Counted from the first letter of the stretch, positions 11,359 to 22,257 are shown. The stretch is 64,000 nucleotides of DNA from Candidatus Latescibacterota bacterium (GCA_965248355.1 OZ252098.1:4832001-4896000), one strand, 5' to 3'. Translations and numbers: made by a program. The notes: a model not told the origin generated them from the sequence alone.

Positions 11359-12387
11359 CTACGCCGGCGCCTCGTTCCCCCACGGATACGACTCCACGCG
11401 CAGGGCGCGGTCGTCCGCCGGCAGCCGCACCCGCGCGCCGTCCCGCTGCGACGAGGACCAGATGGCGAACCCGATCTCGGTGGCGCGCCGGGCCTGCGGC
11501 ACGTCGCAGACGGTGCGCCCCCCTTCCTTCACGGCCCGGACCAGGTCGGCGACCATGCCCGTGCCGGCGGGCCAGCCCTCGGCTTTCGGCGGCAGGGGGA
11601 TCGGCTCTTCCGAGGCGTCGCCGTGGATGCGGGCCTCCTCCGCGTCGTCGTACACGGAGATCCGCCCGCCCTCGGCGGCGATCTCGAAGGCGAGGCCCCT
11701 CGGCCCGTCGCAGGTGACGTAGGCGTGGACTCCGTCGGCCAGGCCGATCTGCGCCCGGCAGGGAGGATCGCTGCGGCGGCGCTCGTCGTGCGGATCGCCA
11801 GGGTCGAGGAAGCCGCTGACCCACTCGGGCTCCGGGTCGCCGAGGAGCATGAGCATGGTGTCGTACCAGTGACAGCCGTGGTTGATCGTATTGGGGATGC
11901 CGTAGGCAGAAATGCTGGTGATCTCGCCGATCGGATGCGCGGCAAGGGCCGAGCGGAGGGCGTGGTAGGCGGGGTTCCAGCGCCGGTCGAGGGCGAAGGC
12001 GAGGGGCGTGCTCCCGCAGGCGGCGGCGACGCGGTCCAGCTCGGCGAGGCTGGTCACCAGCGGCTTGTCGCACAGGATCCCGCGCGCGCCGGCGGCGACC
12101 GCCTGCTCGATCTGGCCGGCGTGCAGGGTCTGCCGCGTGGCGATGCAGACGATGTCGGGGCGGACCTCATCGAGGAGCCGCCCGTAATCGTCGAAGTCCG
12201 GCACCTCGCCCCAGACATCCCGCCAGCACTCGACGAACTCTGAGCGTTCCTTCCCGCCGTAATCGAAGACACCCGCGACGACGGTCTCGGGGTTGTCGCA
12301 GAAGGCGGAGGCGAAGTTGTGGCTTCCGGGTTGGCGCAGGAGCTGCCGGTGGCAGCCGGCGATGGCGACGCGCAGCATGGGGCTCAT
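11359..12387 (-). CDS. Gfo/Idh/MocA-family oxidoreductase
   Basis: MLRVAIAGC..., PDIVCIATR..LH, ILCDKPL, INHGCHWYD; ATGA overlap with the upstream M81 stop. Confidence 0.88.
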   Translation of the reverse strand: MSPMLRVAIAGCHRQLLRQPGSHNFASAFCDNPETVVAGVFDYGGKERSEFVECWRDVWGEVPDFDDYGRLLDEVRPDIVCIATRQTLHAGQIEQAVAAGARGILCDKPLVTSLAELDRVAAACGSTPLAFALDRRWNPAYHALRSALAAHPIGEITSISAYGIPNTINHGCHWYDTMLMLLGDPEPEWVSGFLDPGDPHDERRRSDPPCRAQIGLADGVHAYVTCDGPRGLAFEIAAEGGRISVYDDAEEARIHGDASEEPIPLPPKAEGWPAGTGMVADLVRAVKEGGRTVCDVPQARRATEIGFAIWSSSQRDGARVRLPADDRALRVESYPWGNEAPA

Positions 12388-13874
12388 CTCTTTGGGAATA
12401 CCTCGGTCCGCGGCTCGAAGCGGACATCCTCGTCGAGCGGATACATGGGCCGCCGGCAGACGGTGTGACCCAGGCTCGGAAGGTTGGCGCTCGTCGATCC
12501 GGGGGCGTCGATGTTGAAGTTCGCCGCGGCCCAGGCGGTGAAGAAGCGCTCCTGGCAGTGGGGGGACTTCACCACCACGAGATCGAAGAGCCGCGGATCG
12601 CAGCCGTGGGCGAGGAAGAGGGAGCGGTCGAAGAGGTACACCGGCTGCGAGGTGACGACGATGGTCATGGCTCCGGCCTGGAGCAGCGCCGTGTCGCCGG
12701 CGTCCTGCCGGGTGCCCCACGACTCGAAGTGGTAGGGACCGGTGCGCAGCATGGAGACGGTGGCCTCGAGCTGCAGCGGGGTGAAGCGGGGATCGAGGGC
12801 GCCGCCCAGGGAGAAGCGGCCGGTGTGGCCGACGCCGATCTCGAAGGCGCGCCGGACCGCCGGCGGATCGACGAGCGGGGCGAGCACGCGGCCTTCGTAC
12901 CCGGCCTCCAGCAACGCCGCGAGGATGAAGTTGCTGTCGCCGCTGGCCCCGGAGCTGGTGGCGTCGGCGGCATCGGCGAAGATCGCCGTGCCCTCGAGGC
13001 CGCGCGCCTGCGCGATTGCTTCTTCTACCTGGATCAGCGGCGCCTGCATGCGGGCCCGGTGGGGCCAGAAGCCGCGCGCCAGCTCCAGGGCCTCCCGTTC
13101 CGCCGCCTCCGGGTCGCCGTCGGTGACCACCACGCTCTGGGAGCACAACTCGGGCACGTCGGTGAAGGGGTTGCCGATCATCATGCCCGCGGTCAGGGCC
13201 GTCCCCGAGCGCTCCAGCTCCTGGGCCCGGCGGATCGACTCGCCGAAGATGCCGGTCTCCGTGATCAGCTCGTCGCCGCGGACCAGCGCCGGCACCACGA
13301 CCCGCCCCACGACGGGGCGCATCCCCTCGTCGAGCATGCGCAGCAGCAGGCGGGCGGCGCGGGCGCCGGTGTCGGCGAAGTCGACGTGGGGATAGGTGTG
13401 CAGCAGGGTGAGGGCGTCGCAGTGCTCGAGCATGCGCCGCGTGAGGATGCCGTGGAGGTCGAGGGAGATGACCAGGGGGAGGTCCGGTCCAACGAGGCGC
13501 CGCACCTCCTGCAGCAGGAACCCCTCCGGGTCGAGGTCGACGGTGGCCCCCATGGCGCCGTGGAGGACGAAGTAGAAGCCGTCGGCGCCGTCGCGGTGGT
13601 GCTCCACGGCGTCGAGGAGCTCCGCGGCCAGGCGCCCGAAGTCCTCCTGCCTTAGAAGGCCGGAGGAGCAGGCGTCGGCGCCAAGCAGTGGCACCGCCTC
13701 CACGTCGGGACGCGCCTCGAAGACCTTGAGGGCGCCGCTCACGTAGGACTCGACGCCGCGGTGGCGGGCGAACAACTCCTTCCCCCGCCGGATGCGGAAG
13801 TCCTCGTATCGCGTCTCCACCGGATTGAAGGAGGAGACCTCCTGCATGCACTCGGCGACCAGGATCCGGTACAT
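12384..13874 (-). CDS. M81/MlrC-family metallopeptidase
   Basis: MQEVSSFNP, LHGAM, DPEG, SLDLHG, TYPHVD, DAADATSSG and VVVKS motifs. Confidence 0.92.
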   Translation of the reverse strand: MYRILVAECMQEVSSFNPVETRYEDFRIRRGKELFARHRGVESYVSGALKVFEARPDVEAVPLLGADACSSGLLRQEDFGRLAAELLDAVEHHRDGADGFYFVLHGAMGATVDLDPEGFLLQEVRRLVGPDLPLVISLDLHGILTRRMLEHCDALTLLHTYPHVDFADTGARAARLLLRMLDEGMRPVVGRVVVPALVRGDELITETGIFGESIRRAQELERSGTALTAGMMIGNPFTDVPELCSQSVVVTDGDPEAAEREALELARGFWPHRARMQAPLIQVEEAIAQARGLEGTAIFADAADATSSGASGDSNFILAALLEAGYEGRVLAPLVDPPAVRRAFEIGVGHTGRFSLGGALDPRFTPLQLEATVSMLRTGPYHFESWGTRQDAGDTALLQAGAMTIVVTSQPVYLFDRSLFLAHGCDPRLFDLVVVKSPHCQERFFTAWAAANFNIDAPGSTSANLPSLGHTVCRRPMYPLDEDVRFEPRTEVFPKR

Positions 13875-13878
13875 GGCC

Positions 13879-14610
13879 TCAGTGCCCGTAGTCGGACTGC
13901 AGAGTCGACTCGTCCCGCCACCTCGGGCTGGTCCGCTCCGCCTCCCTGGTCTTCCTCGCAAGGCAGGAGCAGTGCTGCGCCAGGACCTCGAAGATGCGGT
14001 TGGCCACCAGCCGGTGGCCGAGGTCGTTCTGGTGCACGCCGTCGTGGTGAACCGTCCAGGGCGCCTCGCCGCTGGCTTCCAGCAGGTCGACATGGAGACA
14101 GCCCAGCTCCTCGGCGGCCTCGGCGGTGGCGGCGTTGAAGCTCCTGAAGAGCGGCAGGTCGGCGTGGCTCCAGTCCCGGCCCCCGAGCGTGAAGTCGGTC
14201 ATGAAGTAGGGGCCGGGATTCACGATGAGCGGGTCCCCGTGCTCGCGCACGCGACTCACGAGCAGGGCGAGGTCTTCGCGGAACTGGGGCAGCGGCGTGC
14301 CGCCGCGGGCGTCGTTGAGACCGTAGGAGATGATCAGCAGGTCGGGGTCGTGGGCGAGGACGTGCTTCTCCAGGCGCTCGGAGGCGGCCGGCTTGCCGCT
14401 GGCGTCGTAGGACGGGCTGCGGGTGGAGATGACGTTGGCGCCGATCCCGGAGTTCACCACCCGCGCCGGCGTCTCCTGGAAGTCGTTGATGAGGCCGCCG
14501 AGGACGGAAACCCAGCAGCGCTCGGGGGAGGTGCTCCAGCCGCCCGCGGTGGTGCTCTCGCCGAGGGCGACGAGGCAGCGGAACTCGTCAGCGCGCCAGT
14601 CTCTCTTCAC
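13879..14610 (-). CDS. SGNH/GDSL hydrolase
   Basis: LGESTTAG, NSGIGAN, YGLND and DGVHQN blocks. Confidence 0.88.
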   Translation of the reverse strand: MKRDWRADEFRCLVALGESTTAGGWSTSPERCWVSVLGGLINDFQETPARVVNSGIGANVISTRSPSYDASGKPAASERLEKHVLAHDPDLLIISYGLNDARGGTPLPQFREDLALLVSRVREHGDPLIVNPGPYFMTDFTLGGRDWSHADLPLFRSFNAATAEAAEELGCLHVDLLEASGEAPWTVHHDGVHQNDLGHRLVANRIFEVLAQHCSCLARKTREAERTSPRWRDESTLQSDYGH

Positions 14611-14619
14611 TCGATCACC

Positions 14620-15581
14620 TCAGGCCGGCAGCACCTCGCGAAGCACCCGCAGGTAGTTGCCCCCCATGATGTTCGCCGTGTCCTCTTCGGAAAAGCCGTC
14701 GTGGAGCAGCGCCTCGGTGATCCAGGGAAGGACCGCGGAATTGAAGTGCGTGCCGATGCCGACGTGGCCGGCTCCCATCACGCCGACGGCGTAGCGGACC
14801 TGCTTCAGGGTCTCCTCCATCTCTCCGTCGTCGACCGACTCGTACGGGGCGTCGCCGTGGGGCCGCCCGATGGGGGGCATGATTCCGAGCATGCCCCCTT
14901 TTTCCGCCAGGGCCTTCATGACCTCGTCGGAGGTGCTGCGCGGACTCGGGTCCTGCTCGAGGGCGCGCGGGCCCGAGTGGGTGTCGACCACCGGTCTCTC
15001 CGAGACCTCGATGGCGTCGAGGGCGCAGGGGTCGTTGGTGTGCGCCAGGTCGATGAGGATGCCGCGGCGGTTCATCTCCTGGATCATGCGCACCCCGAGG
15101 GCGGTCATGCGCCCCCCGGAGCGCAGCTCGCCGGAGACGTCCCAGCCCAGCTCGCGTGTCCCCTGGCCGATGGTGATCATGCGCAGCCCGAGGCGGGCGA
15201 ACTGGCGCAGGGCCCCCGGGCTGTCGCCGAACCAGTCGCTGCGGTTGGCCCCCATGAGCACGGCGATGCGTTCGGGGTCGCTTAGGGCGCGGTCGAGGTC
15301 GGCGACGGTGCGCACCAGGATCACCTTGTCCGGGTTCTCCTCGACGTTGCACAGGAAGCGGTCGAGCACCGCAAGGCAGAGCAGGGTCGGGCTGTTGATG
15401 GCGAGGCTGAGGTACATCGGCTCGCTGCCGGGGCGGCCGGGCCGGAAGGTGGGATCCTCCGGCCACTTCGGGGCGAAGTTCATCTCCGGTACCGCGGCCC
15501 CTGGGAGAGGTTGAGGGCGAGCAGGTCGGCGATGGGATGGTCGCGGTGAAAGCGGCGGGTGCGCTCGGAGATTGAATTCAT
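14620..15581 (-). CDS. Membrane dipeptidase (M19)-family protein; true start probably 15581, with a frameshift near 15498-15501
   Basis: LGLRMITI, MNRRGILIDLAH, DTHSG and HVGIGTHF motifs in ORF 14620-15483. An ATG at 15581 overlapping the PhyH stop gives MNSISERTRRFHRDHPIADLL..., one base out of frame at a C4 run. Confidence 0.75.
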
Positions 15582-16444
15582 CGTGGAAGGCCGCGGCGGC
15601 CGGCTCTCAGGGCGGGACCGGGGACGCGGTTCCACTCGATCGGCTCGGCACCGCCGTCATACTCCGGAAGGAGGTGGGCGATGCGAAGGCGCGTCTCTGC
15701 CGGCCAGGCGTCGATCTTCCGGTCGGAGACGATGTAGGACTGGATGGACTCGGGAAGCTGCTCGAAGGCGGGGAAGTACCACAGGGTGATGACGGTGCGG
15801 CGTTGGGCGGAATCGTTGGCGTGGGCCGAGTGCAGCAGCCGCGAGTCCCCGATCACGAGGTCGCCGGCCCGCACCGGCACGTCGACGGCTTCCTCCACGG
15901 CCTGATACACCGGGCTGCGAGGATCCTCCATCTCCCGCAGGTCGTTCGTATGGGCGTCGGGAACCGCGTCGTGCAGAGGATGGCGCTCGAGGTGCGATCC
16001 CGGGATCAGGCGCAGGCAGCCGTTGCCCGGGGCGGTGTCGACCGTGTAGTACATCAGGAAGAGCTGCTGCGCCACCGGGTTTCCGTAGCTGACGGGGTGG
16101 TTCCAGCCCCACCAGTCCTGGTGCCAGAACAGCGGCGGGCCGTGGGCCGGCTTGCTGATGACGAACCCCGACCACCACTTCGGGCGCGGGAAGCCGAGGC
16201 GGCCCAGTGCGTCGATGGCGGCGGGGCAGCGCACCAGCTCGGCGAAAGCCGGGTCGTCGTACACGGAGATCATGCTGCCCGTCGACTTCTGCTGCTCGAA
16301 ATGCTCCGGCGGCTGCCGGTCGAGCAGGGCGTCGGCGATCGCGCGGGTCTGGTCGAGCAACTCGCAGTCGAGGACTTGCTCGAACAGGCAGAACCCGTCG
16401 CGCAGCAGTTTCCGGCGTCTGTCGGTGTCGATGGCGATTGTCAT
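15578..16444 (-). CDS. Phytanoyl-CoA dioxygenase (PhyH)-family protein
   Basis: WHQDW, NGCLRLIPGSH and GDLVIGDSRLLHSAHAN..RR motifs. Confidence 0.92.
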   Translation of the reverse strand: MTIAIDTDRRRKLLRDGFCLFEQVLDCELLDQTRAIADALLDRQPPEHFEQQKSTGSMISVYDDPAFAELVRCPAAIDALGRLGFPRPKWWSGFVISKPAHGPPLFWHQDWWGWNHPVSYGNPVAQQLFLMYYTVDTAPGNGCLRLIPGSHLERHPLHDAVPDAHTNDLREMEDPRSPVYQAVEEAVDVPVRAGDLVIGDSRLLHSAHANDSAQRRTVITLWYFPAFEQLPESIQSYIVSDRKIDAWPAETRLRIAHLLPEYDGGAEPIEWNRVPGPALRAGRRGLPR

Positions 16445-16453
16445 GGCACGCGG

Positions 16454-18538
16454 TTACTCGAGTTTGACCATCTTCCGGGCGCGCGTCTGCTCGTCCACCT
16501 GCAACCGATACATATAGACTCCAGCGGCGACGGGTCGGTCCTGCGCATCGCGGCCATCCCACGTCAACTCGTGTTCGCCGGCTGGCAGCGGACCCGTCCA
16601 CAGTTGGCGCATCGGCTGTCCCAGGACGTTGTAGATGGTCAGGTCCACATTCCTGGCTCCGGCGGGTACGGCCAGGGGGATGGTTGTGGCGGGATTGAAC
16701 GGGTTGGGATAGTTGGCACCCAAAGCAAAGGCTGTTGGCGTAGCCGTCTCGCCGGCCACGGCGCTGGCCGTGCCTTGGTTGGTAAAGACGAAGACGCCGC
16801 CGAGGTCGCTTCCGGGGCTCTTTCCCAGCACGACCAGATCGGTGTCGCCATCGCCGTTGACATCGCCGGTGAGGACCTGATCGCCCTCGCCGAGCAGGGG
16901 GTAGTAGCCTTCGAAAGCGGGTATCTCGTTGGGCCGCCCAAGCCACACCAACAGTGCCGGACCGACGGGCAGGTTGCCGGCGACCATCGCTATATCCAGG
17001 AGCCCATCGCCGTTGAGATCAGCGGCGGCCATGTGTGTCTTGAGCGCCTTCCAGTCGAGCAAGGAGTGGCGCGTCCCCCCGCCCGAGGCGTTCAGAAGCC
17101 ACAGAGCCAGGCCATAGCCCTCGGTGCCAAAGTACGTCTCAATGCGCTCGGGGGAACCGAGCAGGTCCACCATCCCATCGCCATCGAAGTCGGCCAGCAC
17201 GGAGGGATATCCCGGTCCTTCTACGGCGAGCGGCGATTCCTGAACGGCTGCCCACGGCCGGGTCAGCTGAAATTGGGGGTTGCAGAGCCTCCGCCCGCAG
17301 GGTTGCCTCCACACCAGGGCGGCGGCTTCGCCCAGGGGTTGTCCGGCGGGCAGGGCGGGGCTCATCTCCTCGCTGTCGTAGACGAATCTTTCGCTACCGA
17401 AGACGCCGTAGGCGTCGTGGCTCCACATGGTCACGTAGGACGATTCGCCGTCACGCCCCAGGACCAACAGATCCACATGGCCGTCACCATCCCCATCGGC
17501 CAGGCCAAGAGGCGAGACCTTGGCCAGTTCCAGGGTGGCATCAAATTCGTCGCCCCAGTTGTACCATACTTCGACAAACCGGCCCTTGTTGACGACCAGA
17601 TCCAGGAGTCCATCGCCATCGAAGTCACCTCCCCGGAGGCTGATGAGTCGAAAGGGGTCATTCCAAAAGGCTGTGGTTGAGAGGGAGATCTCCTGGGTGG
17701 GTTCAAAGCGGCCCAGCCCGTCGTTGGACGCCATGAGCCAGCCCATTTGTGGTTCGCCGTCCATGTAGCGATCCCAGGCCACTGCGAGATCCGCATCGCC
17801 ATCGTCGTCGATGTCGCCGACCGCGCCGCCATGCCACCGCCTGATGGGGCCTCCGACGGAGTGAAAGTCGAGCGCGGCGAACAACGCGCCGGGCGGCCCC
17901 ACCTCCACCGCGATATCCCCGGGCGACAATTCCCCCTGGGCCAACTCTTCGGCTCCTGTGAGCTGGATACTGTCTATTTCCAGGAACGTTGGATAGTTGT
18001 CCAGGTCCCGAGAGCCCCACATGGTCAGATGGAAATTGAAGAGGGTGTCCTGCCAGGTGGCCGGATAGTCCCGGACTGCTGGACCTGCTTCCGCCAAGGC
18101 GCGGAAATCGACGGTGATGTCTTCCCATTCGATGGGATAGAGTTGAAGGCGTTCTTCGCGAAACCTCGCTCTATTGACGTTGAAGTCAGTACGGCGGTTG
18201 TACTTGCCATTGGACCAGTGCATCCAGAGAAACCCCTCGATGGGGCTATGATGGATGAGGCGCAGTCGCAGGGTGAGGCGGTCGAAGAGGGCCGAGTCTT
18301 CGCCGATCACTGGCGAGATCAATTGAACCATGGGGCTTTGCCCAGGTACCAGCGCCAGGCGCCAGACGCCATCGACGACTTCGTTGTGTAGTGGGGCGTT
18401 GGTGCCTTCTTGATTCATGGCGAGAGTCATTGCCCGAGCGGTCCAGCCCCAGGTGGAGCCGTCGTCGAAATCCCACGTCAGGGCAACCGCTCCGCGTGGA
18501 GCGACCAACAGTAGAACTGCAAAGAGCGCGTAGCGCAT
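16454..18538 (-). CDS. Secreted FG-GAP/VCBS-repeat protein with FlgD-Ig/T9SS-like tail
   Basis: Signal peptide; repeated GDFDGDGLLDL-type motifs; C-terminal ANYPNPFNP...WDGRD...AGVYMYRL. Confidence 0.85.
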   Translation of the reverse strand: MRYALFAVLLLVAPRGAVALTWDFDDGSTWGWTARAMTLAMNQEGTNAPLHNEVVDGVWRLALVPGQSPMVQLISPVIGEDSALFDRLTLRLRLIHHSPIEGFLWMHWSNGKYNRRTDFNVNRARFREERLQLYPIEWEDITVDFRALAEAGPAVRDYPATWQDTLFNFHLTMWGSRDLDNYPTFLEIDSIQLTGAEELAQGELSPGDIAVEVGPPGALFAALDFHSVGGPIRRWHGGAVGDIDDDGDADLAVAWDRYMDGEPQMGWLMASNDGLGRFEPTQEISLSTTAFWNDPFRLISLRGGDFDGDGLLDLVVNKGRFVEVWYNWGDEFDATLELAKVSPLGLADGDGDGHVDLLVLGRDGESSYVTMWSHDAYGVFGSERFVYDSEEMSPALPAGQPLGEAAALVWRQPCGRRLCNPQFQLTRPWAAVQESPLAVEGPGYPSVLADFDGDGMVDLLGSPERIETYFGTEGYGLALWLLNASGGGTRHSLLDWKALKTHMAAADLNGDGLLDIAMVAGNLPVGPALLVWLGRPNEIPAFEGYYPLLGEGDQVLTGDVNGDGDTDLVVLGKSPGSDLGGVFVFTNQGTASAVAGETATPTAFALGANYPNPFNPATTIPLAVPAGARNVDLTIYNVLGQPMRQLWTGPLPAGEHELTWDGRDAQDRPVAAGVYMYRLQVDEQTRARKMVKLE

Positions 18539-18556
18539 GATTCTTCTCCAGTCCGT

Positions 18557-19582
18557 CTATCCGGCCGCCGGCAGACGGTGTGCCCCAGGTTCCTGAGATT
18601 GGCCCTCGTCGCCGATCCCGAGCAGGGCGCAGGCGTTGCCCCCGAAGATCCGGTCCTTCTCCCCGGCGGGGATGTCCAGCTCTTCCACCAGGCGGCTCAG
18701 CACCCCGATCCGGACCCACGGGTGGTCGCTGGCGAAGAGCAGGCGGCCGCTGCCGGCGAACTCGTACGCCAGCTTCAGGGCGAGCGGCGAGGGGGAGACG
18801 ACGTCGAGGTAGACCCGGTCGTAGTAGGCGTCCACGGGTTGGCTGATGTTCTCCCGGCCGCGGCCCATGGTGTCGGTCTGGTGCACGACGCGCCCCCACA
18901 GGTAGGGCAGCACGCCGCCGCAGTGGGGCTGCACCACCTTGAGCCGGGGATGGCGCTCGAGGACGCCACCGAGGATCAGCTGCAGGGTGGCGAAGCTCTG
19001 GTGCACCATGAGGCCAGCCATGGGGATCATGGAGTGGCGCTTGATGGCCGCGCCCCAGACCGGAACGCTCGGATGCAGGACCACGGGCACGCCCAGCTCG
19101 GCGATGCGCGCGTAGAGCGGGTCCAGCGACGGGTCGTCCACCTGGACGCCGGTGATGTGCGAATAGAGCATGACCCCCCGGTGGCCGAGGGTGACGACGG
19201 CGCGCTCCAGCTCCGCCAGGGCGTCCGCCGTGCTCTGCCAGGGCAGGCACGCGAGGCCGACGAAGCGCTCCGGATGCCGGGCCGCGGCTTCGGCCAGGCC
19301 GTCGTTGGCGGCGCGGGAGGCGGGGACCGCCAGCTCCGGCGCCAGGTTCTCCGGACCGGGCATGTTCACGCTCAGGGCGCTGATGTCGACGGAGGCCGCG
19401 TCCATGTCGCGCAGCTTGCGCTCGACGCCGTAGGCTTCCCGCTCCATGAGGAAGGTCTGGGCGTCCCCGTAGGTGAGGACGAAGCGGTCGCCTTCGATCA
19501 CCGTCCGCGGCCACTCGGGATTACGCGCCAGGACCTCCGCGTACTCGTCGGGGATGACGTGGGTCTGGCAGTCTACGCGCAT
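18557..19582 (-). CDS. Amidohydrolase_2-family protein (ACMSD-like decarboxylase/hydrolase)
   Basis: DCQTH, VVLHP, PHCGGVLPY and LLFASDHPW motifs. Confidence 0.9.
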   Translation of the reverse strand: MRVDCQTHVIPDEYAEVLARNPEWPRTVIEGDRFVLTYGDAQTFLMEREAYGVERKLRDMDAASVDISALSVNMPGPENLAPELAVPASRAANDGLAEAAARHPERFVGLACLPWQSTADALAELERAVVTLGHRGVMLYSHITGVQVDDPSLDPLYARIAELGVPVVLHPSVPVWGAAIKRHSMIPMAGLMVHQSFATLQLILGGVLERHPRLKVVQPHCGGVLPYLWGRVVHQTDTMGRGRENISQPVDAYYDRVYLDVVSPSPLALKLAYEFAGSGRLLFASDHPWVRIGVLSRLVEELDIPAGEKDRIFGGNACALLGIGDEGQSQEPGAHRLPAAG

Positions 19583-19604
19583 GGGCTCTGTGCGACTCCG
19601 GCGC

Positions 19605-20552
19605 TCAGGCCTCGGGATCCCGCACGCAGGCGGCCAGATCCTCGAGCTGCGCCGGCGACTTGACCCCGGCCACCACCGAGACCACGCCCTCCCGGCCGAG
19701 GAGCCAGCGCACCGCGTAGCACGCCGGCGAGACGCCCGCGCCGGCCGCCTCCTCGTGGAAGGGATCCAGCTCTTCGTAGGGGATGTCGTCGGCGTCGATC
19801 CAGGCGGACTCGGCGGCCCGGCTGCCGGCCGGAAGCGCGGTGCCGCGTTGGTACTTGCCGCTGAGCAGGCCGCCGGCCAGCGGCCGGTAGGGGGTGATGG
19901 CGATGCCGGCCCGGTGACATACGGGCAGGTACCCGGACTCGAGATCCCGCTCCAGCCAGTTGTACTGGGGCTGGGCCATCACCGGGGGCGGGGCAACGCC
20001 GTCGCGGCACAGGTCGAGCATCGTTTCGATCTGGTCCGCGTCGAAGTTGGAGAACCCCCAGTGGCGCACCTTGCCGGCGGTGACCATTCGGTCGACGGCG
20101 CCGAGGGTGTCCTCCAGCGGCGTCTCCGCGTCGGCGATGTGCAGCAGGTAGTAGTCCACGTAGTCGGTCTGCAGGCGGCGCAGGCTGGCGTCGATCTGCT
20201 GCTCCACGTGGGCCGCACCCAGCCCGGTCCCCGAGTAGTCGGCGCCCGCCGGATGTCCGCCGCCGGGGCCGCCGCCGACGGGGTTGCCCACCTTGGTCGT
20301 GATGTACGCCCGGTCCCGCCGGCCTCGCAGGGCCTCGCCCAGGATCGCCTCGGCCACGCCGCCCGGCGAGCCCAGGTAGCGGTTGTAGCCCTCGTAGATG
20401 TCGGCCGTGTCGAAGAGGTTGACGCCCAGGTCGAGGGCGGCGTGCACCAGGTCGATGGCGTCCGGCCGGGGGACGGGACGGCCGAAGAGCATGGTCCCCA
20501 GGGTGATGACCGATACTCCTTCAGGTATGCCGGCCAGCGCTCGCCGCTCCAT
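19605..20552 (-). CDS. Aldo/keto reductase
   Basis: LGTMLFG, FDTADIY, TTKVG, SLRRLQTDYVDYYLLH, GKVRHWGFSN and PLAGGLLSGKY; GGAGAGG RBS before the ATG at 20552. Confidence 0.93.
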   Translation of the reverse strand: MERRALAGIPEGVSVITLGTMLFGRPVPRPDAIDLVHAALDLGVNLFDTADIYEGYNRYLGSPGGVAEAILGEALRGRRDRAYITTKVGNPVGGGPGGGHPAGADYSGTGLGAAHVEQQIDASLRRLQTDYVDYYLLHIADAETPLEDTLGAVDRMVTAGKVRHWGFSNFDADQIETMLDLCRDGVAPPPVMAQPQYNWLERDLESGYLPVCHRAGIAITPYRPLAGGLLSGKYQRGTALPAGSRAAESAWIDADDIPYEELDPFHEEAAGAGVSPACYAVRWLLGREGVVSVVAGVKSPAQLEDLAACVRDPEA

Positions 20553-20580
20553 GATCGTCCTCTCCATTGAAGCCGTTCGG

Positions 20581-20838
20581 CTATGGCCGCCCGGCGCTCG
20601 AGTTCTGTTCCGGGCCAGGCGATCCGGACTCGCCCTTGACGGCAAGGAGGACCGGATGGATCTCCTCGGCCGCCTCGACACCCGCAAAGCCGCCGCCGAC
20701 CACGCCTTCCCGCTCGATAGGGAAGATGGCGTAGAAGCTGACGATCGCATCGAAGCTGCCGGGAGGGAACTCGATCTCCGTGGCGTCGGCGGTGACGAAC
20801 CTGGCGGCCGGGACGTTGCCGCGGGCCAGGCCGGTCAT
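20581..20838 (-). pseudogene. Fragment of a class I SAM-dependent methyltransferase
   Basis: LARGNVPAARFVTADATEIEFPPGSFDAIVSFYAIF resembles methyltransferase motifs II/III; motif I and the C-terminus are missing. Confidence 0.6.
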
Positions 20839-20846
20839 CTTCAGCG

Positions 20847-22148
20847 TCAGGCGAACCAGCGGGGCCAGACGGCCTCGGCCACGAAGACCTGCGACTGCGT
20901 CCGGTCCCCCGAGGCATAGACGATCCAGCGGCCGTCGGGCGAGAAGGAGGGGTGGGGATGGACGTGGCGCCACTGCGTGTCGTGGCGCACCAGGGGCCGC
21001 ATTTCGAGGAAGGCGCCCCGCTTCTGGAAGACCCCGATCCAGGCGCCCGATCCCAGCCAGTGGTAGTCGTGGTTCTCCGGGAGGGGGGGGCAGGCCTCGG
21101 GATCGACCTCCTCGAGGCGCCGCGCCTGGTCCTCGCGCCCTTCGAACCACAGGAACCCCGGGTCGGCGCAGTCGCCCGCCCACAGGTCGCCGGTCTTGTT
21201 GCGCTGGAAGTGCAGCGGCGGCTGACCGGGGAACAGCCAGCGGCGCGTCGTCCCCGTCCGGAGATCGGCGTCGAGCATGAAGGCCAGGTACTCGCCCTTC
21301 CGGCTGACGAACCCCTTCCACAGGTCGGCCAGGGGCACGCCGTCGCGGTCATGCCCGGAGTACTGGTAGAGGAGCATCTCGGCGTGGGCGTCCGGGGCCG
21401 GGTAGTAGTGGTTGATGAACTCCCAGGGGCGCTGGTCGAAGAGGGCCCGGGGGTGGCGGCGCGCCGCCAGAGCGTCCGTGTCGCACTCGAGAGACCAGGC
21501 GGTCTTGAAGCCCGCGGGCGGCAGGCGCGTATAGCTGCCCCACCAGACGAAGGAGGGGTCGTCGCGGCTGATGAAGAGATGGCTGTCGGCGGCTACCGGC
21601 ACCTCCGTCGAGGGCCCCTCGTAGACGACGGCCTGCTCGCCTCGCTCCGCGTCGCACAGGACGACCCGGTTCTCGCTGCCGTGGCGAAAGGAGGTGTCCG
21701 GCCGGATCTCGGTGCGCACCCGCTCCGGCCGGGCGCTGAGCACGAGATAGCGCCCGCAGGAGGAGACGTCCTCCAACCCAGGTGGACCGCAGCCCGGCAG
21801 GCGGCCGGACACGGGCTCGTCGGTCAGAGTCTCCGCATCGAGGGCCCGCACCTCGTCGCCGCTGGCGTAGTAGACCCGGCCCAGGGCCGGCACCGCGGCG
21901 AAGTTGCCGACGCCGGCCGGGGCGTCGGTGAGCTGGACGATCTTCCCCGAGTCGATCTCCACCTTGTAGAGCTGCCGCACGCCGCTGCGGTCGGAGTAGA
22001 AGACCAGGCTGCCGCCGATGAACTGCTCGTAGTTGTAGTAGGCGTTGACGTTCGCGCAGGCCGCGCTGGTGAGCTGGATGGCGCGGACGCCGGTCTCCGG
22101 CTGGGTGAACTCGCGCCTCTCCGATGGGAAGATGTCTCCGCGGGCCAT
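20847..22148 (-). CDS. Oligogalacturonate-lyase/TolB-like beta-propeller protein
   Basis: N-terminal ERREFTQPETGVRAIQLT...LVFYSDRSG..QLY and C-terminal HPHPSFSPDGRWIVYAS. Confidence 0.75.
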   Translation of the reverse strand: MARGDIFPSERREFTQPETGVRAIQLTSAACANVNAYYNYEQFIGGSLVFYSDRSGVRQLYKVEIDSGKIVQLTDAPAGVGNFAAVPALGRVYYASGDEVRALDAETLTDEPVSGRLPGCGPPGLEDVSSCGRYLVLSARPERVRTEIRPDTSFRHGSENRVVLCDAERGEQAVVYEGPSTEVPVAADSHLFISRDDPSFVWWGSYTRLPPAGFKTAWSLECDTDALAARRHPRALFDQRPWEFINHYYPAPDAHAEMLLYQYSGHDRDGVPLADLWKGFVSRKGEYLAFMLDADLRTGTTRRWLFPGQPPLHFQRNKTGDLWAGDCADPGFLWFEGREDQARRLEEVDPEACPPLPENHDYHWLGSGAWIGVFQKRGAFLEMRPLVRHDTQWRHVHPHPSFSPDGRWIVYASGDRTQSQVFVAEAVWPRWFA

Positions 22149-22257
22149 GGTCCGGTCCAAGATAGGGCGATCGACCTGCCGGACAAAGGCGGATTGCGTC
22201 CTCGTTGGAGGGGGATAGCTTAGCCCGGGCCCGCCCATCCGGCGCGGGGATCGAGAG